Source: Calditrichales bacterium (GTDB taxonomy: Bacteria; Calditrichota; Calditrichia; Calditrichales; J004). From it: a stretch of 64,000 nt of DNA. Below the pieces are notes generated by a model, which saw only the letters and a list, made by a program, of their open reading frames with translations, was not told the origin of the DNA and did no database searches. Below are positions 50,879-60,100 of the stretch, piece after piece. Both the position numbers and the translations under genes were made by a program. The stretch is from the NCBI GenBank assembly GCA_965267575.1, contig OZ254086.1, forward strand, positions 4,576,001-4,640,000, in the 5' to 3' direction. Every line of letters begins with the position of its first letter. Within the stretch, counting starts at the first letter, position 1.

Positions 50879-52036
50879 TTAGCCGCTGCGTACAGCCAAA
50901 GCTGTGATGTCGTCGGATTGTTGAACACCTTCCGAGAAATGCCGGACCTCCACTATAAGCTGATCTATAAGTTTTGTCAGAGGCAATGAGTTAGATCGTG
51001 CCAGAAATTCTTTGATTTTTCTAACGGAAAATTCCGAGTGATTTTTATTAATAGCTTCGCTGATACCATCCGTATAAAAGAATAGCAGATCATGTTTATT
51101 CAATTCGATTTTATTGGAAGCATACCCGAAACCTTCCACAATTCCCAGTGCCACATTCTGCTTTGTTTCTAAATATCCGGCATTCCCGTTTCCTGTGACA
51201 ATAAAGGGAGGATTGTGCCCGGCATTGCAATATTCAAATTGCCCGGTTCCTACATCCAGAACCCCATAAATTAGCGTCACAAACATGGATCGTGGATTGT
51301 CCTGGCTCAACAGGTCGTTAACTTGACTAAGGCAACTTGCGGGGGATTCTCCTTTTGAGGCAACAGCCTTCACTAACGTACGGCTTATCGCCATAAATAG
51401 CGCCGCAGGCATGCCCTTTCCGGAAACATCCGCAATAACAATCCCTATTTTGTTTTCGTCTATTTTAAAAAAGTCATAGAAATCACCGCCAACTTCTTTA
51501 GCGGGAATCATGCGTGCATAAAGCTGGTATGGGCTGGCTTCAGGAAATATTTTAAAATCATTAGGAATAATAGATTGCTGAACGTCCTGAGCGACAAGCA
51601 GGTCTTTGCGTACCGTATTCAGCTCTTCTTTTATTTCTGCAGCCATTTTAAGATACCTGACTTCTTCAAGAGCCTTTTCCAAAGTGGTAGTTAAGTCTTC
51701 GAAATCTATTGGCTTGGTAACAAAATCGTAGGCACCTCTGTTCATCGCGGTGCGAATATTTTTCATATCCCCGTACGCGGAAACGATAACGGTTTTAGTC
51801 AAACCTCCGTTTTGTTTAATTTGTTTTAAAAAGGTAAGACCATCCATCCGCGGCATGTTGATGTCGGTAAGTGCCACATCGAAACCGCCCTTACCGTTGA
51901 TCATTTCGAGTGCCTGCAATCCGTCGCCGGCAAACGAAAACATATATTCATTATTTTTAATTTGTTTACGAAAGCGTTGAAGAATTAACCGTTCTAATTG
52001 CGGTTCATCATCAACCACTAAAATATTTGCAGGCAA
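50879..52036 (-). CDS. Response regulator-PP2C phosphatase fusion (REC + SpoIIE)
   Basis: ILVVDDE, TDINMP.MDG, KP; EVGGDFYD, ADVSGKG, YTDGISEA, QSDDIT. Confidence 0.93.
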   Translation of the reverse strand: MPANILVVDDEPQLERLILQRFRKQIKNNEYMFSFAGDGLQALEMINGKGGFDVALTDINMPRMDGLTFLKQIKQNGGLTKTVIVSAYGDMKNIRTAMNRGAYDFVTKPIDFEDLTTTLEKALEEVRYLKMAAEIKEELNTVRKDLLVAQDVQQSIIPNDFKIFPEASPYQLYARMIPAKEVGGDFYDFFKIDENKIGIVIADVSGKGMPAALFMAISRTLVKAVASKGESPASCLSQVNDLLSQDNPRSMFVTLIYGVLDVGTGQFEYCNAGHNPPFIVTGNGNAGYLETKQNVALGIVEGFGYASNKIELNKHDLLFFYTDGISEAINKNHSEFSVRKIKEFLARSNSLPLTKLIDQLIVEVRHFSEGVQQSDDITALAVRSG

Positions 52037-52323
52037 AAGGTTTACTCCCTGTTGGAAAGGTGATATTTAACCAACCTCCGGCAAATACGCAATATCAAAA
52101 AATGGGTAGAAATCTTCAGGTAAAGAAAATCTGGAACAAAAAAGCAATGTCCAAACTACTCCCGACGTCTTCCTGCAGAACGCTTAGAAGTAAATATTTA
52201 CAACGTGTGCGAGGTTAAACAGGTTTTCTACAGCCTTGGCCAAAGCCGCCGAATAAACTTGCGATACACTAAATTATAGATATAACCACGGTAATATTAT
52301 TATTCTTACGTTGCCTAATTAAC

Positions 52324-52369
52324 AAAAAAAGGGTCTGCGACAGTTTTCTTAAAATCGTCGCAAACCCTT
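52324..52369 (-). terminator. Intrinsic terminator downstream of the tRNA-Leu fragment
   Basis: Minus strand AAGGGTTTGCGAC-N15-GTCGCAGACCCTT followed by a T-run. Confidence 0.85.
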
Positions 52370-52377
52370 GTATTTAC

Positions 52378-52438
52378 TGGTACCGGAGGTGGGACTCGAA
52401 CCCCCACTCGGTATCACCCGAAACGGATTTTGAGTCCG
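52378..52438 (-). tRNA. Truncated tRNA-Leu(CAA): 3' half only (anticodon arm to CCA), probably an att site and non-functional
   Basis: Minus strand CGGA-CTCAAAA-TCCG, long variable arm TTCGGGTGATACCGAG, GGTTCGAGTCCC, CTCCGGTA-CCA; no D-arm or 5' acceptor strand upstream; one T-stem mismatch. Confidence 0.88.
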
Positions 52439-52801
52439 AAAGAAGCATTTTTCCCAAACTTTTCAAACCATTTCAAGCTATTGTTTATTATACACTTAAG
52501 ACATGTATTTATTTTTCGCAAAGTTACTCATTTTTGCCCAAAATTGCACTAAATGTTACCATTATGTTACCACTTGTAACGACGAATGGATGAGTGGCGC
52601 AGATATGTGTATTGTCTGATAGAGCTCATTTGTTGGTTTTTTAGTTCGCGTTCACCGTTTCATCAGGACAAATATCAAAAGCACCGCAGAAATCTCCCCG
52701 ATCTGTCCCCGGACTTCATTAAAAATTCATCCTCTCCTTTGGCCTCAACAAAAATGATATCTCTTTGCTGTGTATCCCGTGTTGGATGTATAGCTGCTTT
52801 T

Positions 52802-52941
52802 TTAGCAGGGAAAACCAGTCTCAAGAGTGATACCAAGTGTGGTGTCGGGACCACCCTGTGCTTCCGCGCTTACGTAATACAGAATAAGCACGAACCCAAT
52901 CGGTCCGATGACAGATCCGACTTCATTGCGACCCCTGCTAA
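52802..52941. ncRNA. Candidate structured non-coding RNA/DNA element (~140 nt)
   Basis: Closing stem TTAGCAGGG/CCCTGCTAA with nested complementary pairs GTCTCAA/TTGCGAC, GTCGG/CCGAC, GGACC/GGTCC and GTGCTT/AAGCAC; intergenic. Confidence 0.5.
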
Positions 52942-53037
52942 GTTTTAGAACATAACCTTTTTCAAATGTGCAAACACGCGAAGGCCCGTGCAACGGCGTT
53001 CACGGCCTTTTCAAGCTGCTTACCAAAAGCGTTGGAA

Positions 53038-53066
53038 GAGGCACCCCGGGAACCCCCGGGGCGCTC
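53038..53066 (-). terminator. GC-rich hairpin after the beta-helix gene (terminator-like)
   Basis: Minus strand GCGCCCCGGG-ggtt-CCCGGGGTGC, 10 bp after stop 53077; weak U-tract. Confidence 0.5.
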
Positions 53067-53076
53067 GGAGACACCC

Positions 53077-54891
53077 TTATTTAAGTAAGACCAGTTTTTG
53101 GATGGTGCTGACTCCATCAACCGAAAGCGCGTAGAAATATAGGCCGCTGGCAAGATAGCCGGCGTCCCAGCTGACAGAGTGTTCACCTGCCTGGAGGGGT
53201 TTATCCAAAAGAATTGCGACCTTTTGTCCTAGGGTATTGTAGATAACGAGCTTTACGGCTGCCTGGCGATAGAGGCTAAACTGTATGCGTGTCACACTAT
53301 TAAAGGGGTTGGGGAATGTACCGGTATGGATACTGTTTCGTGCGCTAAGATGTTGTGGCTCACTATTCAGCTCCCCGGCAAATTCATGCCATCCTGCACA
53401 TGCCGGCCCGCCAAATGCGCCCATATCATTCCGTACGGTTCCCCTTGCCGGTAGTTGAGCAAAACCCGGTCTAAATGGACTTTCAGGATCATCATGCATT
53501 GCCAGCACGTTTCCTCCATCAACACATGGAGAAATGGCCGCCAGCATAAACGAGCTGTTATGCATCACAGGATCCGCGTCGATGTTACCGGTTCCCGGCC
53601 AACTCCCCTGTATATCGCAATACGATACGGAGACGCTCCCCCCATCAACCGAAATTTGCGGGTCAACAGGGGCGTGGTTTTGCCATAAAATGGAATTCAT
53701 TACGGTGGGTTTAGACTTGTGACTATAAAGGCCGCCGCCGGCTACTGTTGCTTTATTATCGGAGATCGTATTATTAACCACAAGTGGCCTACTTACCGTA
53801 TTCTCGATAGTGATATAAATACCGCCGCCCTTTGTCGCCTGGTTGTGTGAAAGAACATTATTTGTAATATTTGCATCTCCGTCCCAGATGGCTAAGGCCC
53901 CACCAAGGCAGGCTCCCGATCCTTCAAATGTATTATAAGATATTACGTTGTTTTTCAGTATAACCGTTTCGTTGGGAACGTCCAAAACAACACCTGCTCC
54001 ATAACTGTCATCAACGGCACTGCTTACAATATTATGAGAAACAATATTATTGCGAACCATAAAATTAAAGCCCCATATTTCCATACCACCTGCAATACCT
54101 CCAATGGACCCGCCGGTGGTTGAAATGGCCTTATTATTTGACACAATATTATCTGCAATTAAGACATGGCCGGCTTGAGCGTTAAGCGCGGTAAAACTGG
54201 ATAAACCACCACCGGAAGCTATACCGTCTTTGCAAAAAACGAGGTTATTTATGAATTCATTTTTATAGATACGCCCGGGCAAATAGTTGGATAAACCGCC
54301 CCCGTCTGCCATGGTCTCGCCATATACTTCATTTTCTCTGAAGATATTGTTTTCAACCACAAGAGGCAGAGGGAATTCAGGCGGAGCGCTGTCCAGGCCA
54401 CCACCAATACACCAGGGGCTGCCCTTAACAATGTTCTTTTCAATAATGTTATGGCTTATTTTCGCTCCCGACGCGAAGCAGATAATACCTCCACCAAGTC
54501 TCATTTCGGGAAATCCGGGTAGCTGCAATTTCATGCCGGTTCCGCCTGTAATCGTGAATCCACATAAGACTGAATTGCTATCCTCGCCGGAGATAAAAGA
54601 GACGACAGACGCAAAATCCGGATTACCGGGTTTACTACCGTCAATGATTGTCCTCTTTATATGCAGCTTATTTTGGTCCAATACAAAATGGCTGGCGACG
54701 GTTATCGCCTTGCCTAGAAAATTGATGTTTTCTAAATAGTGTCCTTCGGCAACTAGAATAAGATCTCCATCCGCTGAAACGTTAATGGCTTCCTGGATAG
54801 TTTTAAATTGTTGCGGCACCTGTAACGTTTTTCCAAACGCTTGCCCAAAAGTAAAGACTACCAGGCATAAGGTTAAAACAAGAGTTTTCAT
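53077..54891 (-). CDS. Secreted right-handed beta-helix (pectin-lyase-like) protein with C-terminal sorting domain
   Basis: VP.QF.TIQEAIN....GD.ILV..G.Y.ENINF.GK; GGG/N-rich coils; SPCVDGG...RNDMGAFGGP; TFPNPFN...KLVLLK. Confidence 0.87.
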   Translation of the reverse strand: MKTLVLTLCLVVFTFGQAFGKTLQVPQQFKTIQEAINVSADGDLILVAEGHYLENINFLGKAITVASHFVLDQNKLHIKRTIIDGSKPGNPDFASVVSFISGEDSNSVLCGFTITGGTGMKLQLPGFPEMRLGGGIICFASGAKISHNIIEKNIVKGSPWCIGGGLDSAPPEFPLPLVVENNIFRENEVYGETMADGGGLSNYLPGRIYKNEFINNLVFCKDGIASGGGLSSFTALNAQAGHVLIADNIVSNNKAISTTGGSIGGIAGGMEIWGFNFMVRNNIVSHNIVSSAVDDSYGAGVVLDVPNETVILKNNVISYNTFEGSGACLGGALAIWDGDANITNNVLSHNQATKGGGIYITIENTVSRPLVVNNTISDNKATVAGGGLYSHKSKPTVMNSILWQNHAPVDPQISVDGGSVSVSYCDIQGSWPGTGNIDADPVMHNSSFMLAAISPCVDGGNVLAMHDDPESPFRPGFAQLPARGTVRNDMGAFGGPACAGWHEFAGELNSEPQHLSARNSIHTGTFPNPFNSVTRIQFSLYRQAAVKLVIYNTLGQKVAILLDKPLQAGEHSVSWDAGYLASGLYFYALSVDGVSTIQKLVLLK

Positions 54892-55095
54892 GATGACCTC
54901 GCATTTTAATGAATATAGCCATCCATGTGTTTTATCCTTTGTGGGATTGTAAATCCTCCTTTCGGCGTTTTATAAACAATGCGGGGCCAGGGAGATTCTT
55001 GCTTTTTCAAGCAGGGCTATTTCTGCACTTTCCTATAATAACGCTCAAACGGTTGAAACAATAAAGAAAACCCAAGCCAGCTATCATGCCAAGGT

Positions 55096-57133
55096 TTATT
55101 TTATCAACACGAGTTTACGGGCCACGGAAAATCCATGTTCAGTTTGCATTTTATAGAGATATATGCCGCTGGCAAATCCTGCTGCATCCCATTCTACTGC
55201 ATATTGGCCCGCCGCTTGTTTTTTATTAACCAACGTAGCCACTTTTTGTCCGCGCAGATTGTAAATGCTTAAATCGATGTCGCTGGTAACGGATAACGAA
55301 TAATGAATTATGGTTGACGGATTGAAGGGGTTGGGGTAGTTTTAAGATTAGTCTGTATTTGGCTATGTTCGACTTTATTACTGTTATTCGGGAAATGGGG
55401 TTTATGTTTTGAAAAATTCCATTATAAATGGTTAGACAAAAGATTCTGCCTTGTGTGGCACAAAAAATTTCATCAGGACTTGTTTTCAGTCCTTCATTCG
55501 TAAACTGCTCCCAATTTTGACCAAGGTCTTTTGAATAAAAAATATCAAAGTTCTTGATAATAAAAATGTTATTATCTTCATCAACTGCAAGCGATTGAAT
55601 TGCGCTTTGCGAATCATGTATGCTAACCCATGTATGACCTGTGTCGTGCGAGATCTTTACATCCCGATTTTTTTTGCAAACGAATAAACCGGTTGGAGAT
55701 ATAATAACGTCGAAAACAGACTCTCCTATTAGTGAGTGCCGCCAATTATCACCCCCGTTTTCGGAGATGTATATGCCATCGTCCGATGCCACACCAATGG
55801 TATCATTAAGGGCAGATACCGCATAAAACTTTTCATCAGCTTTAGAAAAGACTTCTTCCCATTTCTCACCCTGATTCGTTGACCTAAATAATTTCCCTTT
55901 TTCACTACTAACGAAAATTTTACCGTTTCTGGATACGGCAATCGACGGGTAAAAATTTGTACCAGTGTCAAAAACTTCTATCCATTCGCCCTGTGCTTCA
56001 TTTTGTTTAAAGATCTCACCGTGTGATGTTACATAAAATATTTCACCAGTTGATAAAGCATTAGCATCGCTTCTGGAATAAAAGCCACGGGTACGAGTAT
56101 ATACTGACTCCCAGGATACTCCGTAATCCCTTGATATATGAACCCCGTTTCTGCTTGTTAGATAGAGATTAGCATTGACGTCCTCTTTAAATGATAGAGG
56201 AAATAAATTGGTAAGCAGTGTATTGTTTTCATCAAAGCTTTCAAAATCGGCGGTGTTATAAATCCCAAATCTTTCTGTGGCTAGCCAAAAGCTATTACCT
56301 TCGAATTCGGAAATTGAATTAATAATATATGGGAATTGCACGTCGTGCCATGTAGCACCATTGTCATTTGACTTGTGCAGCGTGGAGCCAGATGCATAAA
56401 TATATCCATCTGAAGCAAACAAAATATGAGTGATGTAATTATCTTTCAGTCCTCTGTACTCCCAGTCAGTAGCGTTCTGCCGTAAGCGCAAAAGCCCCTC
56501 GTAACGTACAAAGGCCCATAGAGAACCAAAACTATCTTCTGTTATGTATAAGATTTCCTTTTCTGAATGTCCCACATATTTCCAGCCCGCCTCCTTAATG
56601 TTTTTTTGAAAGATCCCGGAATCGGTTCGCACTACTATTCTACTTTTAGTGATTAGGATTTGGTCTACTGAAGCTTCCGCCAATAAAGAATCGTCTACGC
56701 TTTCCCAGCTATCGCCCAAATCGTCAGAAAAATATAACCCTTCTTTCGTGCCCGCCAATAATGTTTGATCTTGATTATTATATGTTACATCATACACGGG
56801 TGTCGGCGGTGGGGCACTTAAGCGTTCCCAATTCAGTCCATCATTATCCGATCGATAAATGCCAAAATTTGATGATGCTGTGAATAGATACTTATCAGGG
56901 CCAAGAGTAATGTTCAATATAGTTCTACCGCCACCCCTATAATTCCACGCCTGACTTTCATCTTGAAATCTATAAATCCCACCATCCGTAGCAGCTATAA
57001 TTTCGCCGCTATGGCTTTTAACGATTGCTTTGACGAGACCGGCATAGGGACCGTTATTATACCAGGATTGCGCATATGCGCCAATATCAAATCCAAGCAG
57101 AACAATGAAGGTCAGAATCAAACTTCTCTTCAT
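55096..57133 (-). pseudogene. BNR/Asp-box propeller protein whose C-terminal sorting domain is out of frame
   Basis: The 635-aa ORF (55226-57133) has S.D.G..W repeats; NYPNPFNPST...ARKLVLIK* (stop 55096) lies in another frame after ~55345. Confidence 0.82.
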
Positions 57134-57136
57134 GGC

Positions 57137-60100
57137 TTATTTCACCAGCAGCATTTTTTTTACCTGTACAAATCCATCTGCCTGAAGACGGTAGTAATAA
57201 ACACCGCTGGAAAGACGGCTGCCGTCAAAGATTACTTTGTGGTACCCTGCTGGTTTGTACATATCTAATAGTGTCGCAACATTTTGGCCTAGCAAATTGT
57301 AAATCTTAAGGCTCACATTCCCTGCTTTAGGCAAAGCGAAACTTATTGAGGTAAATGGGTTAAAAGGATTCGGATAATTTTGCCCGAGAGCATACATTTT
57401 CGGTATTCCGTTATCCATCTCATCAAGATTAACTGGTTCTGGGGTATAAAGGGCGAAAGTATCGCTGCTTACAAAAGAATGCATATCGTCAGCCAAAACT
57501 GACCATGAGTATTTTGATTTATGTTCAAGAAATGTTGGACTCTCTATTAGATAAGTCGTATCAGAAATACCCGTAATAGTTGTATCAAAGCCGGCCTGAA
57601 ACAATCTCAGAGTGTACAATAAAGTGTCGCCGTCAACCTCTTTTGATTTGTACCAAACGAAAACAAGCGGCTGAACTACGCTTTCGAGCGTATCACCATC
57701 TGAGGGTAATAAAAGTAAAAAAGGGAATGGCTGGTCATCGACAGGTTTGATATTCACTAAAAAAGTATCGTTGGTCGCCAGACCGCCCGTATCCACAGCA
57801 GTCACTATAATGTGGCTTTGACCATAATAGTCCGTGTTGGTATGAACAATCAAAGAGTCACTATTAGTAAAAACCGAGATTTGCTCGTTTCCGGATACCG
57901 CACTATAAGATAGGTTGTCATTATCAGGATCGTTAAACACGCTGTCCAGATCCTGAACGACGACAAAGGGGCCACTGTCCTCATAAAAAGAAGTATCAGC
58001 AATTGCCTCGACAACAAAAGGTCGGTTATTTTCAAATACTTTTAGAATTTGGTTAGGAGAAATATCAGTTAAAAAATTTGTTCTGCCGCTTGGCCATATG
58101 ACTTTGATACTATCGATATAAGCGGCATCTCCGAGGCCAAACTCGACATTCAAGCTGTTTTGAGAGCTTTGACCACCCCCCGTTTGCGACGATACTTCTC
58201 TATATTGCCAAATAGATTTGCCGAAAATTGTTGCTTTTAAAAAAACCTTTGTCCCAATTGCGGACCGATTTGAATAGGATCCTTCGCAAAGGATATTTAC
58301 CCAATTATTATCATTGCCCTTATTTTCATACAAAATATTACGCGGCTCACCACCCAGATTACATACAAAAAGGTCAATATCACCATCGTTATCAAAATCT
58401 GCAGCTGAGGGACTGTAGGATGCACTGGAGTCTGACACAATATGTCCGGAGACTTCCTCTATGAAAGTACCGTCTCCAAGATTAAAATAGAGAATATTTG
58501 TATGGCGAGCAGTATCCAAATTTGCCGCATTCGAAACAAACAAATCAAGATCGCCGTCATTGTCAAAATCTGCCCAGCAGCTTCCACGTGAGTCTCCATG
58601 GTCATTTACAACAGGACCTGTCTCAACCTCATCAAAAGCTCCATTGCCCGTGTTCCTAAATAACGTATTGTTCGTAAATCGGGTAATAATAAGATCCTGG
58701 TCACCATCGTTATCATAATCTCCCCAACTTCCTCCCAGACCGTCTTTCTGGCTAACAGGGTTATCTATATCGACGTCGAACGTACCGTCACCATTGTTGA
58801 CGTAGATGCGGCTTCCTTCTTCGCCCAAATTTACAGTTAATAAATCGATATCACCGTCATTATCGTAATCTGCCCAAGAACAGCCTACCGTATAGAATGC
58901 GTCGTTAACGACAGGTCCATCATTTATTCTATCAAAGGATCCGTCTCCTGTATTTTTATATAGGAAGTTGTTGCCCGATGAAGCGTTTGCAACAAATAAA
59001 TCTAAATAACCATCATTATTATAATCTATCCATGAGCAGCCACTTGACGCACCACCGTCCTCCACAATTGAACCGGATATTATTTTGGTAAAGGTTCCGT
59101 TACCATTGTTTTTGTATAGGTTGTTGTTTTCGTTCTTTGTGTTTGAAACAAAAAGGTCAGGATAGCCATCATTATCATAGTCCCCCCAGCTGCATCCCTG
59201 TGAAAAATTAACATCTTGGACAAGACTACCGCTTGTAATTCGATTAAAGGTTCCGTCACCCTGGTTATTATAAAGAAAGTTCTTTTCAGCATCTTCTTCA
59301 CCAGTTACCCAGTTATAATAGTTGCTAACAAACAAATCCTGGTCGCCGTCATTGTCGTAATCGGCCCAGGCACTTCCCAGTGAGGCACCACCATCTGTGT
59401 ACATTGGAGAATCTTCTTTTTTGTCGAATATTACAAATGTACCTGAGCCTAGTAGCAGAACGGAGGCTGTTCCACCATTACTTTCGATTTCCACGGAGGC
59501 AAAGTTATACTCAACATTTTCTGGATGATATGAAATATCAATATCACGGGTCTCGGCGGGCTCAAGTGAGAAAGCCAATGTATCAACTATAAATTTTGTG
59601 GAATCTTTACCAGCCATAAATATGCTTGAGACTTCAAGTACACCGTCGCCGTCATTTGCGATAGTAGCTTTGCGAAGCGTAGTGGCACCTATCAAAGACT
59701 GTCCAAAATCAATTTCCAATGGAGATACAGTCAATATGGCTTTTTGCTGATTATAAAAGTAAGCCCCAATATCCGAAAAGGTATTATCTGGGTCGTATTC
59801 CAGATTTAAGTCTCCTGCATCAATACACTTGGATGTAGACTGGAGGTGGAAATCGCGATTAATCTCGTCCACAAATTGAGGATCAAAAAAGATATTTAAA
59901 TTAACGTCACATGAATCTCCGTTTAAATTCTTACGGCTTTTTTGCCCCAACCCTCCATCTATACCGGATAGAGCGGCTATTCCGTTATTAAAAAAATCGT
60001 TGTGCTTAACACTATCTATATCGACAAAACCATTGGCGTCTAATCCATATTCTATATTTCGTGAAAGTATATTTGTTGAAACGAAGGGATTTGACCGAAT

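Larger units (their letters stand above)
10021..52438. mobile_element. Putative ~42-kb tRNA-Leu-anchored genomic island with no recognisable integrase
   Basis: Bounded by direct-repeat tRNA-Leu 3' fragments; accessory cargo, a pseudogene and visibly heterogeneous base composition; no recombinase ORF seen. Confidence 0.6.
52324..52584. repeat. Diverged direct repeat, copy 2 (partner at 9967-10218)
   Basis: Same ordered blocks as copy 1; contains TGTTACCA-TTA-TGTTACCA-CT-TGTAAC. Confidence 0.9.

Noticed and set aside
52378..52438. Functional tRNA-Leu gene
   Set aside because: No 5' acceptor strand or D-arm upstream, and the T-stem has a mismatch.
52802..52941. Retron msr-msd, integron attC, or a known riboswitch
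   Set aside because: No reverse transcriptase nearby, no RYYYAAC/GTTRRRY ends, and no riboswitch consensus recognised; kept only as an unknown structured element.
52586..52993. ORFs 52586-52948 (+) and 52802-52993 (-)
   Set aside because: No recognisable motifs, atypical composition, and they overlap the structured element; probably spurious.
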